The notes under the pieces were generated by a model, which searched no databases, had not been told where the DNA came from, and saw nothing but the letters and a program-made list of their open reading frames with translations. From the NCBI GenBank assembly GCA_044222475.1, contig JBGANF010000051.1:1-49285 (forward strand): a DNA stretch of 49,285 nt, given 5' to 3'. The DNA is from Polyangiaceae bacterium. GTDB taxonomy: Bacteria > Myxococcota_A > Polyangia > Polyangiales > Polyangiaceae. Shown in pieces: positions 47,603 through 49,285 of the stretch (positions are counted from its first letter, which is position 1; each line of letters starts with the position of its first letter). Position numbers and translations under genes: made by a program.

Positions 47603-48946
47603 TCACTGCGTCGGCGGGATCACCGTCGGCTTCGTGTCGTCCTGGACGCAGCCGAACGAATCGAAGAACGCGTACTCGAGCGCGAGCGCGCTGTTCTTGT
47701 TGTTCGTCTGCGGGTTGCCGTTGCAGGACGCCGGCCAAGCGGCGCTGGGATTCGAGTAGGTGCCCCCCGCGTGGGTATCGACGAACACCGCGCGACCGCA
47801 CTGCGCGTTGGACCCGAGCGGCGTGTTGAAGCTCAGCGTGTAGGTCGACGTCCCGCTGGTCGGACCGTAGAGCCACCGCGTCGTCGGTGCCTTCACCGCT
47901 CCGACGTCGTTGCGGAGATCGCTGAGGGCGACGTCACCCGGGACGGTGCTACCGCCGGTGACGATGAGCCAGTCGGCCAAGGCCTGACCGCGCGGGTGAG
48001 TCGTGTCGACCTTCTCCGGCGGGGCCGTCTGCTGGGTCGCACCCCAGGCCGCGACGCCGTTGAAGTCGACCGGTCCCTTGCAGCTCGGATCGTTCGCGCA
48101 CTGCTGTTGGCTCGCGAACCAGTTGTAGTGGTAGTGCTCGCCGATCATGCGCCCACCCGCCTCGAGGTAGCTCTTCATGTTCGTGTACGCCGGGCCCATC
48201 GTGTCGCGCACGTCGGGGCTGCACTCGCAGGCGTTCAGCAAGAGGTCGTAGTTCTTCATCGTCGTGAGGTTGCCCCACAACGCGTACGCGTCGGTGGAGC
48301 CGGCGGGATAGCCCTGCCCCGTCGCCACCATGTTGTGCCCGCGGTACGCGTGGACGCGACCGGCGCCACCGGCCGACGTGATCTCGGCAGGGTCGATGCC
48401 GATCTGGTTCACGAGGAAGCACTCGAGCTGATCGCACCCGGCAGCGAGCGCGATGAGCGGCAGGTTGCCCTCGGCCTTGTTCTTCGGCAGGCGGGTGAGG
48501 TTCTTGTCGGCGATCGGGTTGTCGACGCAGGCGGTGACGGTCGGAATGGTGACCGCGCGACGCCATTTGCCGAGCTGCATCACGAGCGGGATGTTCGCGC
48601 CGACGGGCACGTTCGTCAGCGTGAAGGCGCCCTTCGCGTTCGTCGTCACGACCGAGAGCGGCTTGCCCAGGCCGGCGGGGTCGTACACGACGCCGCTCAG
48701 CGTGGTGGTTCCCGAGTCGCACTTGGCGATCTGGCACTCGAGGCCGACGCAGGTGGGCCCCGTGTCGATCGCGACGTCGGTGACCGAGCCGTCGGTTGCA
48801 CCGTCCGTCGTCGAGCCGTCTCCGGTCGTCCCGTCGACGAGAGATCCGTCCGACCCGCTGTCGCCGAAGAGCTCGGGGTCCAACGTTCCACCCCCGCACG
48901 CCACGAGACCCAGCCCAAGACCCACGACCCACCCAAAGCTACGCAT
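47603..48946 (-). CDS. Myxobacterial lipoprotein with carboxypeptidase-regulatory-like domain
   Basis: Lipobox LVAC, D/G/S/T linker, CVGLECQ, SGVVYDPAG, QLGKWRR, LEYAFFD. Confidence 0.8.
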   Translation of the reverse strand: MRSFGWVVGLGLGLVACGGGTLDPELFGDSGSDGSLVDGTTGDGSTTDGATDGSVTDVAIDTGPTCVGLECQIAKCDSGTTTLSGVVYDPAGLGKPLSVVTTNAKGAFTLTNVPVGANIPLVMQLGKWRRAVTIPTVTACVDNPIADKNLTRLPKNKAEGNLPLIALAAGCDQLECFLVNQIGIDPAEITSAGGAGRVHAYRGHNMVATGQGYPAGSTDAYALWGNLTTMKNYDLLLNACECSPDVRDTMGPAYTNMKSYLEAGGRMIGEHYHYNWFASQQQCANDPSCKGPVDFNGVAAWGATQQTAPPEKVDTTHPRGQALADWLIVTGGSTVPGDVALSDLRNDVGAVKAPTTRWLYGPTSGTSTYTLSFNTPLGSNAQCGRAVFVDTHAGGTYSNPSAAWPASCNGNPQTNNKNSALALEYAFFDSFGCVQDDTKPTVIPPTQ

Positions 48947-48961
48947 GAAGCCGTAGTAGCA

Positions 48962-49285
48962 CTATTTCAGCTTCGCGCCGGGCTCCACCGCATCCGGGAC
49001 GGTCGCGAGATGCAATTTCTCGCTCGGGCCGGTGGCGAGCAGCATCCCGTGGGAGATCAGGCCCTTGCCGAACTCGCGGGGGGCGAGGTTGGCGACGACG
49101 ACGACGCGCTTGCCCACGAGCGCCTCGGGGCTGAACGTGAGCGCGAGACCCGCCACGATCGTCCGCGGCGTCTCTTCGCCCACGTCGACCGTGAGCTTCA
49201 GCAGCTTGTCCTTCTTGGGCACGCGCTCCGCGGCCTTCACGAGGCCGACCTTGAGGTCGACCTTGGCGAAGTCGTCGTAGGTGAT
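48962..49285 (-). CDS. metG: tRNA-binding OB domain, probably the C-terminus of methionyl-tRNA synthetase (runs off right edge)
   Basis: ITYDDFAKVDLKVG...KLLKLTVDVGE...RTIVAG...VVANLAPR...SHGMLL; could instead be a stand-alone CsaA/Trbp111. Confidence 0.75.
   Translation of the reverse strand: MTYDDFAKVDLKVGLVKAAERVPKKDKLLKLTVDVGEETPRTIVAGLALTFSPEALVGKRVVVVANLAPREFGKGLISHGMLLATGPSEKLHLATVPDAVEPGAKLK

Overview
High-GC (about 70%) chromosomal segment, most likely from a Polyangiaceae/Labilithrix-like myxobacterium, judged from a MYXO-CTERM tail, Hanks kinases, Cys-rich lipoproteins and DUF2330 proteins. About 47 genes are densely packed. They include an ECF sigma/anti-sigma/periplasmic trio with a divergent EF-hand lipoprotein, a metal ABC binding protein and ATPase, AstA, a desaturase, a GlcD-like oxidase, MoxR, a stand-alone Y1/RAYT-like HUH transposase, GH92, Mrp, two tatA copies, two Ser/Thr kinases, an alkaline-phosphatase-superfamily/flippase/metallophosphoesterase cluster, a KamA radical SAM enzyme, a WYL regulator, thymidine phosphorylase and the probable 3' end of metG. 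No rRNA, tRNA, CRISPR array or prophage was seen. The strongest non-coding signals are: (i) a matched pair of divergent ECF-type promoters, GCCGTAGGG-N16-CGTCTCA; (ii) a nested REP/REPIN-like inverted-repeat element at 47301-47563; (iii) recurring TAnnnT-N6/7-start leaderless promoters and several sigma54 motifs. Several small lesions (a 34-bp duplication and frameshifts) may be sequencing or assembly errors. All family assignments come from motif recognition by eye, not from database searches.
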